The notes under the pieces were generated by a model. It searched no databases. It was not told the DNA's origin and was given only the letters and a program-made list of their open reading frames with translations. From the NCBI GenBank assembly GCA_024626585.2, contig JANKJI020000002.1, positions 78,614,147 to 78,640,163 of the forward strand: a stretch of DNA of 26,017 nt, given 5' to 3'. Source of the stretch: Ginkgo biloba. Its lineage: Eukaryota; Plantae; Ginkgophyta. A program made the translations under genes and the position numbers. Shown here piece after piece: positions 11,126-22,511 of the stretch. Numbering within the stretch: the first letter of the stretch is position 1; every line of letters starts with the position of its first letter.

Positions 11126-12714
11126 GGTTACAATTCAACATGACATTTTATTACATAAAACTATAGAACCTATATGGTAAGCTCTGCAAAGAAAATATGA
11201 TACCACTCTACAAACATTCACATTATAATCATAGGTGTGGTAAGAATTATAAGTGATTTCATAAAAACTCGTGAGTTGTTGATAAGAGGGATATGAAAGA
11301 GGAGCATGAATAACATAAATTGAAGGTGGCCAAATAAATGTTGGGTAAATAGTCTATAGAGGACAACCTCTTGAAATGGTATGAAAAATAGTCATTATTA
11401 GTTTCATTGTGATTTCCTTAATCTCTATAGGGGAAACTATAATTACTTCTATCATAAAATAGCATCTCATTTGGGACTCCATTCAAAATTCCTTAACTTG
11501 ATTTAACATTCTTCTTCTACTATTGCCTTACATTGACTTCAGTTGAATAACATGATATCTAATGTTAATTACTTCCTTATGGCATTAATGGATCATGTCA
11601 CATTATCTTAATTTCATGAATACGACCGGCATTCATCAATTGATATGGCATCTAAATTCTTGGCAACATGTTCTGAACTTCTCAACAATAAATTTAATCA
11701 CCCGATGAAGGATATGGAGCATGAATTAAACTCAAGTCATCATATCTTTCTGTTTAAAATATTTTTCCAAACTCTCACAATGCCTTTGGGACCTCTTTGG
11801 TGGATATTATATAACCTCTAGTGACCATGTTAACCTTCTAATTCCATATTTCATCTTAATATATATCACTCAATAGGTTATTAGTTATGTTCCTTTCTTG
11901 TATTGCCAAACTTTAGATTTACTAAATCCATTCTCTAGATTTAGACTATAAAATGCTTGGTAGACAAAACTAAAATGAATCCTTGTTCATCATAACTTAC
12001 CAGTGAAGAAGGAAAAAGGATAGGCATAAACCCATATGATCCATGGAATTCTTTGTTAAGTAATGGTAATTGGGTCTCACTACAAAGTGACAGTGGAGGG
12101 GCAGTTCCACTAATCAATAATTTTATAAACTCAAATTGGTGTGGTTAACTAAGATTATCAAATTAATCCTTCATAAAATACATGCTAAATAAATCATTCA
12201 TCTCCAAATCTATCACATATTTAAGTTTAGAAAAATTTATCACAATCCATCTGAAGATATTTTCTACATAGTATGTTTATTGTAGGAGAGGATTGATATT
12301 TGTATATATATATTTAAATATTAAAAATGAAAGGATGATACACATTAAACTAAAATTGGTGAAATCCATTGTATGTTAGTTATTAAATCCCATTTTTNNN
12401 NNNNNNNNNNNNNNNNNNNNNNNNNNNNNNNNNNNNNNNNNNNNNNNNNNNNNNNNNNNNNNNNNNNNNNNNNNNNNNNNNNNNNNNNNNNNNNNNNTAT
12501 TTTTCATTTTAGTTTATATAATAGTTTAAGATGATTATTTTTTATATTCATTGGTGTGAAAGTGTTGACGTGACTATTTTTACCTTATTATGCACATTGA
12601 ATTAGTATTCAAAAATAATATAAATTTTAGCTAGCCAATGATATAATTTTATTTCTTATGTGTGACTTTCGATTGTTATTGTTTACTTTTTTTAATATAA
12701 TGTTTGAATGATTC

Positions 12715-12861
12715 ATTTATTGCAAAAATCAATATTGATGTGATTAAAGAAATGATGTGTAATGTTTATTGTTAAAATAAATATATTGTTTAATATAAAT
12801 TTTCAATTATTTATTTATTGCAATAATTAATGTTGATGTGATTAAGGCAATGATGTGTAAT
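12715..12861. repeat. Imperfect direct repeat, about 49 bp twice with 98-bp spacing
   Basis: ATTTATTGCAA..AAT.AAT.TTGATGTGATTAA.G.AATGATGTGTAAT at 12715-12763 and 12813-12861. Confidence 0.8.
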
Positions 12862-14607
12862 ACAAATTGAAAAGACTTACTATTAAAATAATTCTAATGG
12901 CATAATGGATAAATTCCTATTTATATCTTCCTGGTTCTTGAAATATAAAAATAAATGTATACTAACTTGCTATATATGCACTCACATGTCAATTGATTAA
13001 AGATGTACTAAATAAACTACATAAGTGTAAAAAATAGATATAGACTAACTTGCCACATCTCTTTCTAATATGACAATCAATAAAAGATATTATTAAATAA
13101 ATTGTATAAAAATAGATATACATTAGGTTCTTGCATGCGTACTAATATATCAATCAATTAAATATATTATGAAATAATTCGTAAAATGATAAAATTATTA
13201 TATATTACCTTAACAAAATAATTAACTAGAATAACAAGTATATTTTCATATTATATTATATCATATTTTAACATTTACCAATATAAGCTCTTTACAATTG
13301 TTTTATAATTCATATAAATTCTAATTGTTATATGTAGCTCTTGTTAGTTTCTACTCATTTAATGGTGTTGTAAAAGACATGTTCAAGAGATTTATTTGTG
13401 GGTTTCTTTCCTCTTTTAAGGGCAAAACTGAGTGCATAATTTAGTAGTCATGTCATGTTGAAGACTATTTACAATGTTGTATGCTACAAATGTATTCTCT
13501 TTTAGCATATAACTATCAGTGTTCATATATTAACATAATTTCACCAAAATTCTATTGATGGGTTAGTATAATCTATCAATTAAATATTTGGGCTATTCAA
13601 GAAGCAAGCTATATCAACTAGATGTTCAACATCTCCAATGATTGTCTCTTGGATTGAGGGTGTTGCAAGAGGGGTAGAGAGTAGTCTGAGATCATATTGT
13701 CCTGGAACATCCTTAAAAAGTCCCATTCCATCGAGTTTATAGAGATTGAGTCGTCTAAGGTCTTCCATAAAATCAAGCCTGAGATTAGAATCACTTGGGG
13801 AAATCAATATGATATGCATGAATTTTGGCTTGAGGGAAGATGTCGATGACCTTGTTTCATTGCCATTATCCTTATTTCGTTGACATTTGCATAGAGTTGT
13901 ATGAAAATGGACTCGCGAAAAGAGTTCAAAGAAGAATTGTAAAATGGCATTGTAATGTTTCTACTAGATAGAGGCCATGCATCTTCTTTGATTTTGGAGG
14001 TAATCATTAAGAGATGAGCTCCATGTTAGTACTATATAGATACTTTGTCATTGCACATCATTACAAAGCACTTTGATATAAATCTGGCAACAATTAAAAG
14101 ATATTGAAAAGGTTTATAAGCATTGTGTCCAAGGGTGTTATGGTTTGAACCCTTTAGTGCCTAATGTAAGTAGTCAAGTCCGTGTTCTAAATCCAACATG
14201 TGACTTCTTCAAAAATTGACTTACTGACATGGTCAGGATGCATGAAATATCCTCATGATATTGCTTACTTTGGATTCTCCAAATTTGGTACAAGGTTGTC
14301 TTATACTTTGTATGGAATTGTCTACGTCACCTTATCATCTCCAATCTAGGCAAAGGCTTCAAACCATGAGCAGATAGCTATGGATTCAAGAAAAGAATGC
14401 CCTCCTTTTTGTTCCCTAAATTGGGTGGTTGTAATATTGAACAAATCATGACTTCTTCTCCATATTCTTAGAATGGCCTCACATCCCCACCATAATATTA
14501 ATAAAAATTAAATGACAAGATTTATGACTAAAAAACCCAAGTGATGATAAATATATAACTCAAAAATAGCTTAAATTTGAAATATGAGAAATAGGAATTT
14601 TGGAATC

Positions 14608-14665
14608 AATAAGTATTCTTAAAAAATTAACCTATGCTAATAAGTATTCTTAAAAAATTAACCTA
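14608..14665. repeat. Perfect 27-bp direct duplication (31-bp period)
   Basis: AATAAGTATTCTTAAAAAATTAACCTA at 14608-14634 and 14639-14665. Confidence 0.92.
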
Positions 14666-14836
14666 GATTTTGTATAGACAATCATATCCCATGTTTTGCA
14701 ATTTTGGGGAAAATTGTTTCCAAACATTTATGCCAAGTGAAAACTATGGTAGTTCGAAGAACCTATGCAACTATGATTTGATCACCATGCGATTTTAATA
14801 TATGCAAGAGGAGGTGTTTCCTATACCTTTTACACT

Positions 14837-15179
14837 TGTAAAAATTAGAGTGTGCAGCATAATCTTGGAGCTTTTGGCATGAGCCTACGCTCTAATACAA
14901 CAATCATAGCATCATGAATAAGAAAACATATTCACACAAATGACTATTAATCATGAGATATCCTTATAATACAAACCTGTCCTCTATTTATACTTATAGA
15001 GGCTAACTATCACAAGAACCTTCTAACTAACATAACCACTAACTACCATTAACTTTTCTAACATCCCTTCTTGATCATGTGACTACTAATGTGAACACTA
15101 ACAATATTATCTTTTCTAACATCCTCTCTTAATCATGTGATGACTAATGTGACCACTAACAACATTATCTTTTCTAACA
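14837..15179 (-). repeat. 3' LTR of a probable Ty1/copia element
   Basis: Minus strand: PPT directly followed by TGTTAGAAAAG at 15179. TATAAATA at 14985-14992. Candidate end ...TTTTTACA at 14837 is uncertain. The superfamily is inferred only from the PPT/LTR style. Confidence 0.7.
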
Positions 15180-15190
15180 CCCCCCCTTAA
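15053..15190. repeat. 58-bp tandem repeat, about 2.4 copies, spanning the PPT/LTR junction
   Basis: CTTTTCTAACA at 15053, 15111 and 15169, with a conserved ATCATGTGA..ACTAATGTGA.CACTAACAA.ATTAT spacer. Confidence 0.92.
15180..15190 (-). promoter_or_regulatory. Polypurine tract
   Basis: TTAAGGGGGGG abutting TGTTAG. Confidence 0.82.
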
Positions 15191-16559
15191 TGTTAGTTAG
15201 GGGTCACGAGGAGGTATTGGAATTACCTAAGATCCCCCCTTAATGACAAGTACCATAGACTCAAAGAAAGTGGTTCAACATGGGTCCTGCCTGCCACTCT
15301 GGGTCTTNNNNNNNNNNNNNNNNNNNNNNNNNNNNNNNNNNNNNNNNNNNNNNNNNNNNNNNNNNNNNNNNNNNNNNNNNNNNNNNNNNNNNNNNNNNNN
15401 NNNNNNNGTTTAGCTTCGAAAAAAATTGATTGAAATTAGGATTTTGTTATGTAGTCAATTATTTAGGTAAATTGATGCATGCAAGTGGAAGATATGTATC
15501 ATACAGATTTTTACAAAAGCGGGGCATGTTTCATAACTACAACATATACACACAAGTGCACTAAGAAGAGGTAATCATCAATTCCTACAACTTGGATTGA
15601 CATGAAAATCAAAGAGAAAAGTATATTGAAGCCCAACCTCATGATTCTTTATTCAAAATGAATGTATAAAACTAATGCGATCCAACTAGGATTTTAGAGA
15701 AAAAAAAGCGAGGCAAATTCACACTTATGTAGAGACACATATTTATCTAATGTCAACTTCTAAAGAAAAGATTGTCTCGGTAAGATGATTGAATGAGAAT
15801 TCTCAAGTATAGATACAAAGCATTGAGACGGTTCATGATCTAGTGCATATCTTAGATACAAGGACAACATAGTAAGATTGAGAAATCAAGGAGCAAGTGA
15901 TTCAATGAGTCGGATAGACCTATTGTAGTAGCCACTTGGGATCTAAATCATTTGTAGGAGAATCCTCACACATTGATCAAAACAATCTCCTTGTGGCGTG
16001 GAGAAAGTTACATTTGCAAGAAGAAAACCATGAATGCAAGCTCAAGCGTAGATCCAAGGGTTGCTCCAATTCAAAAACATACAAGGCCATACATAGCCAT
16101 GGCGGTCGACATGCACAAACACACAACAATATGCTTTTAACTTTGGAATTATCGGGATTGCATTAGTTTACTAAAATAATATTTGGATACTAATGTAGAA
16201 GTGATCTCTCAAATGATAATTATAGAAAAAGTCAAATATGCTTTCAAAGAAAAAAACTAATCTACAAAAAAGAGCCATGGTGAGAAGAAGTGAGTTTGTG
16301 GATTATAGAGAGAATTTTGCATGTACATGCACAATGTGCATAAGAAAGAGGTAGATGTTGATTCCTATAGATTGCAACAACAATGAAGAGAAAAGGAAAA
16401 AGTGCATTAGAGTCCAATGAAGTAAAGTCTTCATTCAAAAGCTTATGATGCTCTCAAGTATACTTTTCTATCAATTCTTCGTTTCATTTTCAATGCACAT
16501 ACATCTCTAGTTATTACATTTGTTATATTGTACTACATCATGGTATTGCATGACTAGAG

Positions 16560-17256
16560 ATGTGTGGACATTGAAGAGACCTTGACCTAGCCTAGAAGAG
16601 CTTAGGGAGTTGATAGTCCAAGGCCCATAATAGTTTAGTCAATTGTAGAAAAAAATGCTTAGAATAAGCCTTGAAGATATTAGGTCTTTTGCATACTATT
16701 TGTTTATCGAATACACATTTCTATGTTCTATCTAAAAACTATACATGATGGAAGAATATATTAGTTTCTTCAAGAGAATGGCCAATTTGTATTACCCATA
16801 CCTAGTTCCTAAAGGAGACTTCATTGCATGTGTGGCTAGCATTGAACCAGCCTAGAAGAGTTACCCTAATGCACTCTTGAGTTGGCACCTAGTACAGTAG
16901 GTTGTAACTTAGGTAAGAGGATTTGAGTTGTTGACCAAAGTGCTTAAGAGCCCTATTGTGGTTTTGAAAGTCACATTGGACAATGTGTTTTGTAGTAAGA
17001 CAAATGAATTTGTAATGCATAATGTTATGATGTTCACTTTTGAAAGCAATAAACTTAGGTCATGCATTTTGTTTATTGAAAATTATATATATGCCTAATG
17101 TTATATGTCCCATGATTTGTTGCAACATTCACGTTACTCTATCTACATCCTTTACAATTTTCCTCAGTGTGGAAGCACCTATCTTGTAAGATTAATACTC
17201 TCGCTTTTTCTCTACCTTTGTTTGATCACCTTAATCGGCCATACTTGTCTTGTGAG
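16560..17256 (+). repeat. Probable LTR body running into the gap before the 17357 PBS
   Basis: Non-coding, with an internal repeat AGCCTAGAAGAG (16589, 16849) and AATAAA near 17048. A PBS follows immediately after the gap. The start is not definable. Confidence 0.45.
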
Positions 17257-17356
17257 NNNNNNNNNNNNNNNNNNNNNNNNNNNNNNNNNNNNNNNNNNNN
17301 NNNNNNNNNNNNNNNNNNNNNNNNNNNNNNNNNNNNNNNNNNNNNNNNNNNNNNNN

Positions 17357-17368
17357 TGGTATCAGAGC
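17357..17368 (+). promoter_or_regulatory. tRNA-iMet PBS followed by a retroelement 5' leader (to about 17702)
   Basis: Perfect TGGTATCAGAGC as the first bases after the gap. Confidence 0.93.
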
Positions 17369-17702
17369 TAAAGGTTAATTCCTTAGCCTGGTTCGTTGTT
17401 GAAATCAAACTTGTTGTTGAATTTTGGGCTTAATGAGGGGAAATGTTGTCCAATGTTTGAGAAGTATCTTTGGTCAATCTTTTCGAATTTTTCTTATGTC
17501 AATCTTATGGTAAATTCAATAGTTAATTTGTCATTGTTTACTATTTTTTTCTATTTGGAACCAGAGCAAGCAGTGACAACTCGTGATTTATGTTGGGAAC
17601 GTGCAAAGACATTTGTGTGAACGTTGTTTTGCATTGATGAAAATTGTGAAAGAAAAGGATTGAGAACATTTTGTTTCTCTATCAAGAACATGAATTAGAA
17701 AA

Positions 17703-18598
17703 TGATGCAGGGCACAGTCGACGACACAAATTTCGGACCCAACGTCAACCAGCGACACAAAAGCGTTGTCGGTGAAACTCTCAACGACGTTGGATGTCGA
17801 CCATGGTCAAACCGACGCCGACAAGGAAACTCCTCACCAACGAAGGTCAGTGAACTTCACTCTCGACACCCCCCGCTCCGCCTTCCAGGATCTTTGCAAA
17901 CAGATCTACGCCGAAGACGTTGGCAAACTCGCAAGTTGTTACGTCGACAATCACTCCACCGACAACCCACAGGATAACTCACAAAATGAAATAACTTAGC
18001 ATTTTTCACAATATGAAACAAAGGACTCAAAGCATCACAACGACACCCAATTTTTCAACTGGAGAAACCCTCTCGGGGAATAAAACTCCACATATATTCA
18101 CCAACGACACATTACATCAATTTTCAAGAGCCTCTACGGCTAAACCTCGCCGATGGAGGTAAATACAAGCAATTTTGCTAAGTTCAGAACACGGGCCACT
18201 GCCCATAAACCCTCGAGCTGCCTCAATTGACGTGTTGGCTCGGCTATTCTCAAATTCTAGCTCTGGCGGACTCCTCAATGCCTCCAGTTCACAAATTCAT
18301 GACAGATATTATGTCGTCCCTCTCCTGAGCTACCTCTCTCGACGATCTGCCCAGTCAAACAACCACTGTTGACTTCTACAGTGCTCGTCAACTCCTCCCG
18401 ACCTCTCCAAGTATGTAAACACACCCTACTGTTGTTGCTCGCTACTTTTACTCGGTGTTTTTCCACATCACGGCACACAATGTTGGCGCTCACTTCGCCT
18501 TGCACATTAGGTCAAGGGTTCAAATTCCCTTCAACTCTGACTCCACTTTTCACCGTTGAATTGCTCACATCCACCGTTCAGGTTCGAATTCACCGCCC
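17703..18598 (-). mobile_element. Young, CpG-rich LTR (3' portion) inserted in opposite orientation
   Basis: Sharp compositional boundary at TGATG (minus strand ends ...CTGCATCA). A plant-LTR-type motif TGGAGTTTTATTCCCCGAGAGGGTTTCTCCAG occurs on the minus strand at about 18059-18090. No PBS follows. Confidence 0.7.
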
Positions 18599-19915
18599 NN
18601 NNNNNNNNNNNNNNNNNNNNNNNNNNNNNNNNNNNNNNNNNNNNNNNNNNNNNNNNNNNNNNNNNNNNNNNNNNNNNNNNNNNNNNNNNNNNNNNNNNGT
18701 TATTGTACCTCTTTTTTGTTTTTTCATCTTTTTTGAATTTTTATTAGCCTTTGACTTCAAATTTTTATGGACTTTTGTGTAATACTGGATCATTACCATA
18801 CTGCAACATGTCTTATATGATCTCATTGCGAGGCAATTCAATCGTGGCATCGCCTCTTACAACTTCCATTCATCCAAACCGACCCTAATTGTTGTCTAAC
18901 AATGTATAGACCCATTTGCCCATTGCATTGATTGAGATCTGGCCTAAGCGAAGCCGCTTCTTGGTTTGGTTGGACATCTAGCAAAATTTGCCTGTATACC
19001 CTTATGTTCTATTTCTTCTATAACCATTTTGTGCATTTTATTGCCACTTGCGATGATGCCACGTATATATTCCCAACTGCAAAATACACTACAATTCTCC
19101 CAATGCTTCTTATGAAGTTTTATGTTTCCTGAATTCTGCAGTACTACTCACTTGAAATGACAAGCATCCAAGGCCTCAACATAAGTGACTTCTTTGACTC
19201 CATGAGATTTTCATCAGTTAGGTTATCGTTAACATCTTGGTTTATTATTTTATTGGCATGTTGGTTTATCAATATCTTGTTTTACCAAAATATAATAGAT
19301 TCTTTGTATGTGATAACATGTCGATTGATTAACTTCGTAAGCTTCCTGTAACCAATTGACCATGAAACATTTGGACTCATTGTCCTTGGAACTATTATCT
19401 ATCTCAATTTTGCTCCGTGTGTTGGGTTTGCGTGCCTCATCATTCTTGGCCCTATGATGTATGCAAACTCTAAATATAAACTAGATGTGTCCTTGAAAGA
19501 TACTATTGTACTTGATGCATTATGCTCAACTTTCACAAAGGTTGGCCCTTAGTACTATTACCAATTTATCGCCTTGTCATAAAGTAAACATATAGTTCCA
19601 CTAATCTTGTATGGCCTTAGTTTCATGTAGCCACTCACATCTAAACAATGCAGCATAGATCTTCCTTTCGTTGACAACTTTAATATTGCAAAATCTTGCA
19701 AGATGATTACTCCTACTATTGTGATCAACGCATTCTCTACCATCCCTAATTGTTGTACTTGGGAGTGATCAACCATGGTTATTGTGTAATGGACGAGCAT
19801 CATGGTTGAACTTCTNNNNNNNNNNNNNNNNNNNNNNNNNNNNNNNNNNNNNNNNNNNNNNNNNNNNNNNNNNNNNNNNNNNNNNNNNNNNNNNNNNNNN
19901 NNNNNNNNNNNNNNN

Positions 19916-20479
19916 TTAAGAGGTTCTTCTTCTCTCGAGTCTCTCTCCCTCCTTTTGGAGGGGAAGAAGCCAAAGGGTTTCAAGTTCTAGTTATGGGATT
20001 TTTTCATATAATTTCTAATGTTGTAGCCATGTAATAGCATCAAGATGTAATGTTTCTGGAAAATGAATCCCAAGTGGGAGTTTCTTTGTTCATGCCATTT
20101 AATGAAAATTGAGTTTTTCAAGCTTATGTTTATAGTGATGTTGTAATGTAGGCGTTGGACTGTCAATTTTTCATTGAATGAAACTCTGTTTTTCTTAGAG
20201 ACTCATCTAGCAAGGTCATTGAGTATTATGGGTAAACACATCCTGATACATTTATTTTGAATGGTTTGTTCAAAAAATGTTGTCCGATAATGAAGTAGTG
20301 TATTTGGTCGCTCCCTTTGGGTTTTTCCTGAAAAGATATGTAGTATTTCCATGCTTCTTGATTTATCATATTTCATAGTTGTCAATGAGGTTGAAAAGTG
20401 TGGTGACACAGTTGCATCAACCTCATTAGCTTTCCTCCATCTTGTAAGTTAAAGTTAGAGAGTTTGGTGCGTGACATCA
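19916..20479 (+). repeat. LTR 3' part (3' or solo LTR)
   Basis: CT-rich start, CCCTTTGGGTTTTTCC motif near 20315, ends GTGACATCA, no PBS. Confidence 0.55.
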
Positions 20480-20937
20480 TAAAAATTTCAGTAATATATG
20501 GATTCTAATAGAAAAGTTGAATTGTCTAGAGATCTCTGTGAACTTTGAAGGCCCTAAGTGCAGTCACATCGGGATTGATTCAAAGTAGGTCTAATAGTAT
20601 TGGTGATGTACGTAAAGGTCAGCAGAGGTGCTTAGGGTATAAATACCCACCTAACCTTCACTGGTAAAACAACTTTAAATTAGGAAATTGAGTTCCTTCA
20701 TGAAGATGCTTGTGGGAAAGGCTCTCAGATATTTTATAATCACTCTTAGATTTGTATACCACTACTATTTATTTTATGTTGTATATTATTCTTATGTGCA
20801 TACTCTCATCTGTTGTTATTATATCTTACTACATATTCTATGGTGTTGGATTACTGTATTGGTTTACATGCATGATCTACTTTATAATCTAGTAATTATT
20901 ATCCTAATAATTGCGTGTTAAGCCCAAGGGTGTAACA
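20480..20937 (+). repeat. LTR 3' part (gypsy-like end), interrupted upstream by the previous LTR
   Basis: TATAAATA at 20638-20645 within GGGTATAAATACCC, T-rich downstream, ends GGGTGTAACA, no PBS. Confidence 0.6.
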
Positions 20938-22445
20938 AAGTAGACTACCAATTCTTCAGTATCCTTGGGACACTCTCTCTCATAAATTTTCCTTTAGAAA
21001 GCAATTCATTGTTTGAAAAAACAAATGTAGAAAGTCATTCATTGAATCTGGGCACAGAGAAAACTCTTACTCAATGAACTCGTAAAATCCTTCATTACAT
21101 ATCAAGTTGAAGTTTAAACCCTAAATTGTAGCTAGAACTAACAACCTTACACAAGCTGATCAAGTACAAATGCATTATAAACAACTCTCTTCTGGATGAA
21201 TATCTTCATAACCCACATACAAATTCTTCTAGAAATGTCCTAGAGTAGTTTTCAAGCATAAATATTGAGCTCTCTTAGATCAACCTGGGATTGGATTATT
21301 GGACTCCTCTATGAAGATGCCTGTGGCTACTTGACATTCTGTACTTGCTCTGTATATTCATTTTATTCTTGACTGCCATTACTATATTGTGCTAAATATG
21401 TTTCTCTTGTATCATTATTAAGTAATGCTACATATCCCTGCATCCTAATGTATGCCCTCGTCTGCTATAGTCATANNNNNNNNNNNNNNNNNNNNNNNNN
21501 NNNNNNNNNNNNNNNNNNNNNNNNNNNNNNNNNNNNNNNNNNNNNNNNNNNNNNNNNNNNNNNNNNNNNNNNNNNNNNNNNNNNNNNNNNNNNNNNNNNN
21601 NNNNNNNNNNNNNNNNNNNNNNNNNNNNNNNNNNNNNNNNNNNNNNNNNNNNNNNNNNNNNNNNNNNNNNNNNNNNNNNNNNNNNNNNNNNNNNNNNNNN
21701 NNNNNNNNNNNNNNNNNNNNNNNNNNNNNNNNNNNNNNNNNNNNNNNNNNNNNNNNNNNNNNNNNNNNNNNNNNNNNNNNNNNNNNNNNNNNNNNNNNNN
21801 NNNNNNNNNNNNNNNNNNNNNNNNNNNNNNNNNNNNNNNNNNNNNNNNNNNNNNNNNNNNNNNNNNNNNNNNNNNNNNNNNNNNNNNNNNNNNNNNNNNN
21901 NNNNNNNNNNNNNNNNNNNNNNNNNNNNNNNNNNNNNNNNNNNNNNNNNNNNNNNNNNNNNNNNNNNNNNNNNNNNNNNNNNNNNNNNNNNNNNNNNNNN
22001 NNNNNNNNNNNNNNNNNNNNNNNNNNNNNNNNNNNNNNNNNNNNNNNNNNNNNNNNNNNNNNNNNNNNNNNNNNNNNNNNNNNNNNNNNNNNNNNNNNNN
22101 NNNNNNNNNNNNNNNNNNNNNNNNNNNNNNNNNNNNNNNNNNNNNNNNNNNNNNNNNNNNNNNNNNNNNNNNNNNNNNNNNNNNNNNNNNNNNNNNNNNN
22201 NNNNNNNNNNNNNNNNNNNNNNNNNNNNNNNNNNNNNNNNNNNNGGATAGTGAGACTTTGTAGTGATGTAATGATGTCATTGACATCAAGATGTAATCAT
22301 GTAACACTAATCAACAATACTCGAATCTCACCATCAATCATGGATTAGTAGTGATCTGGGATATAGGTGCAAGATGTAAAATGTGTAATGGATCATCATA
22401 TCTAGCATTAACACCCTCTAAATCTATTGGAGAAGATATTGTGGC

Positions 22446-22511
22446 CTCCTATGTCTCATCATGTGTAGTTGGACCTATGAGCTCTTGTGTCTCATCATGT
22501 GTAATTGGTCC
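22446..22511. repeat. 36-bp-period tandem duplication
   Basis: TGTCTCATCATGTGTA at 22452 and 22488, extending to about 30 bp with few mismatches. Confidence 0.85.

Noticed and set aside
14142-14152. GGTTTGAACCC possible SINE B-box
   Set aside because: No convincing A-box, tail or TSD, and it lies within the minus-strand coding-like relic.
14889-14900. GCTCTAATACAA as a minus-strand PBS
   Set aside because: Not preceded by an LTR CA end and appears to lie inside the LTR; ambiguous.
15053-15190. CRISPR-like regularly spaced repeats
   Set aside because: The intervening sequences are near-identical (a tandem repeat), there are no cas genes, and the context is a plant retroelement.
17702-18505. 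Cluster of short ORFs as real genes
   Set aside because: Expected by chance in GC-richer LTR DNA; no recognisable domain.
18581-18591. GGTTCGAATTC B-box / tRNA T-loop
   Set aside because: No pairing T-stem, A-box or cloverleaf upstream, and it is truncated by the gap.
21117-21126. AAACCCTAAA telo-box / telomere repeat
   Set aside because: A single copy, expected by chance in AT-rich DNA.
21448-22348. Long ORFs of 271-298 aa
   Set aside because: Almost entirely X; gap artefact.
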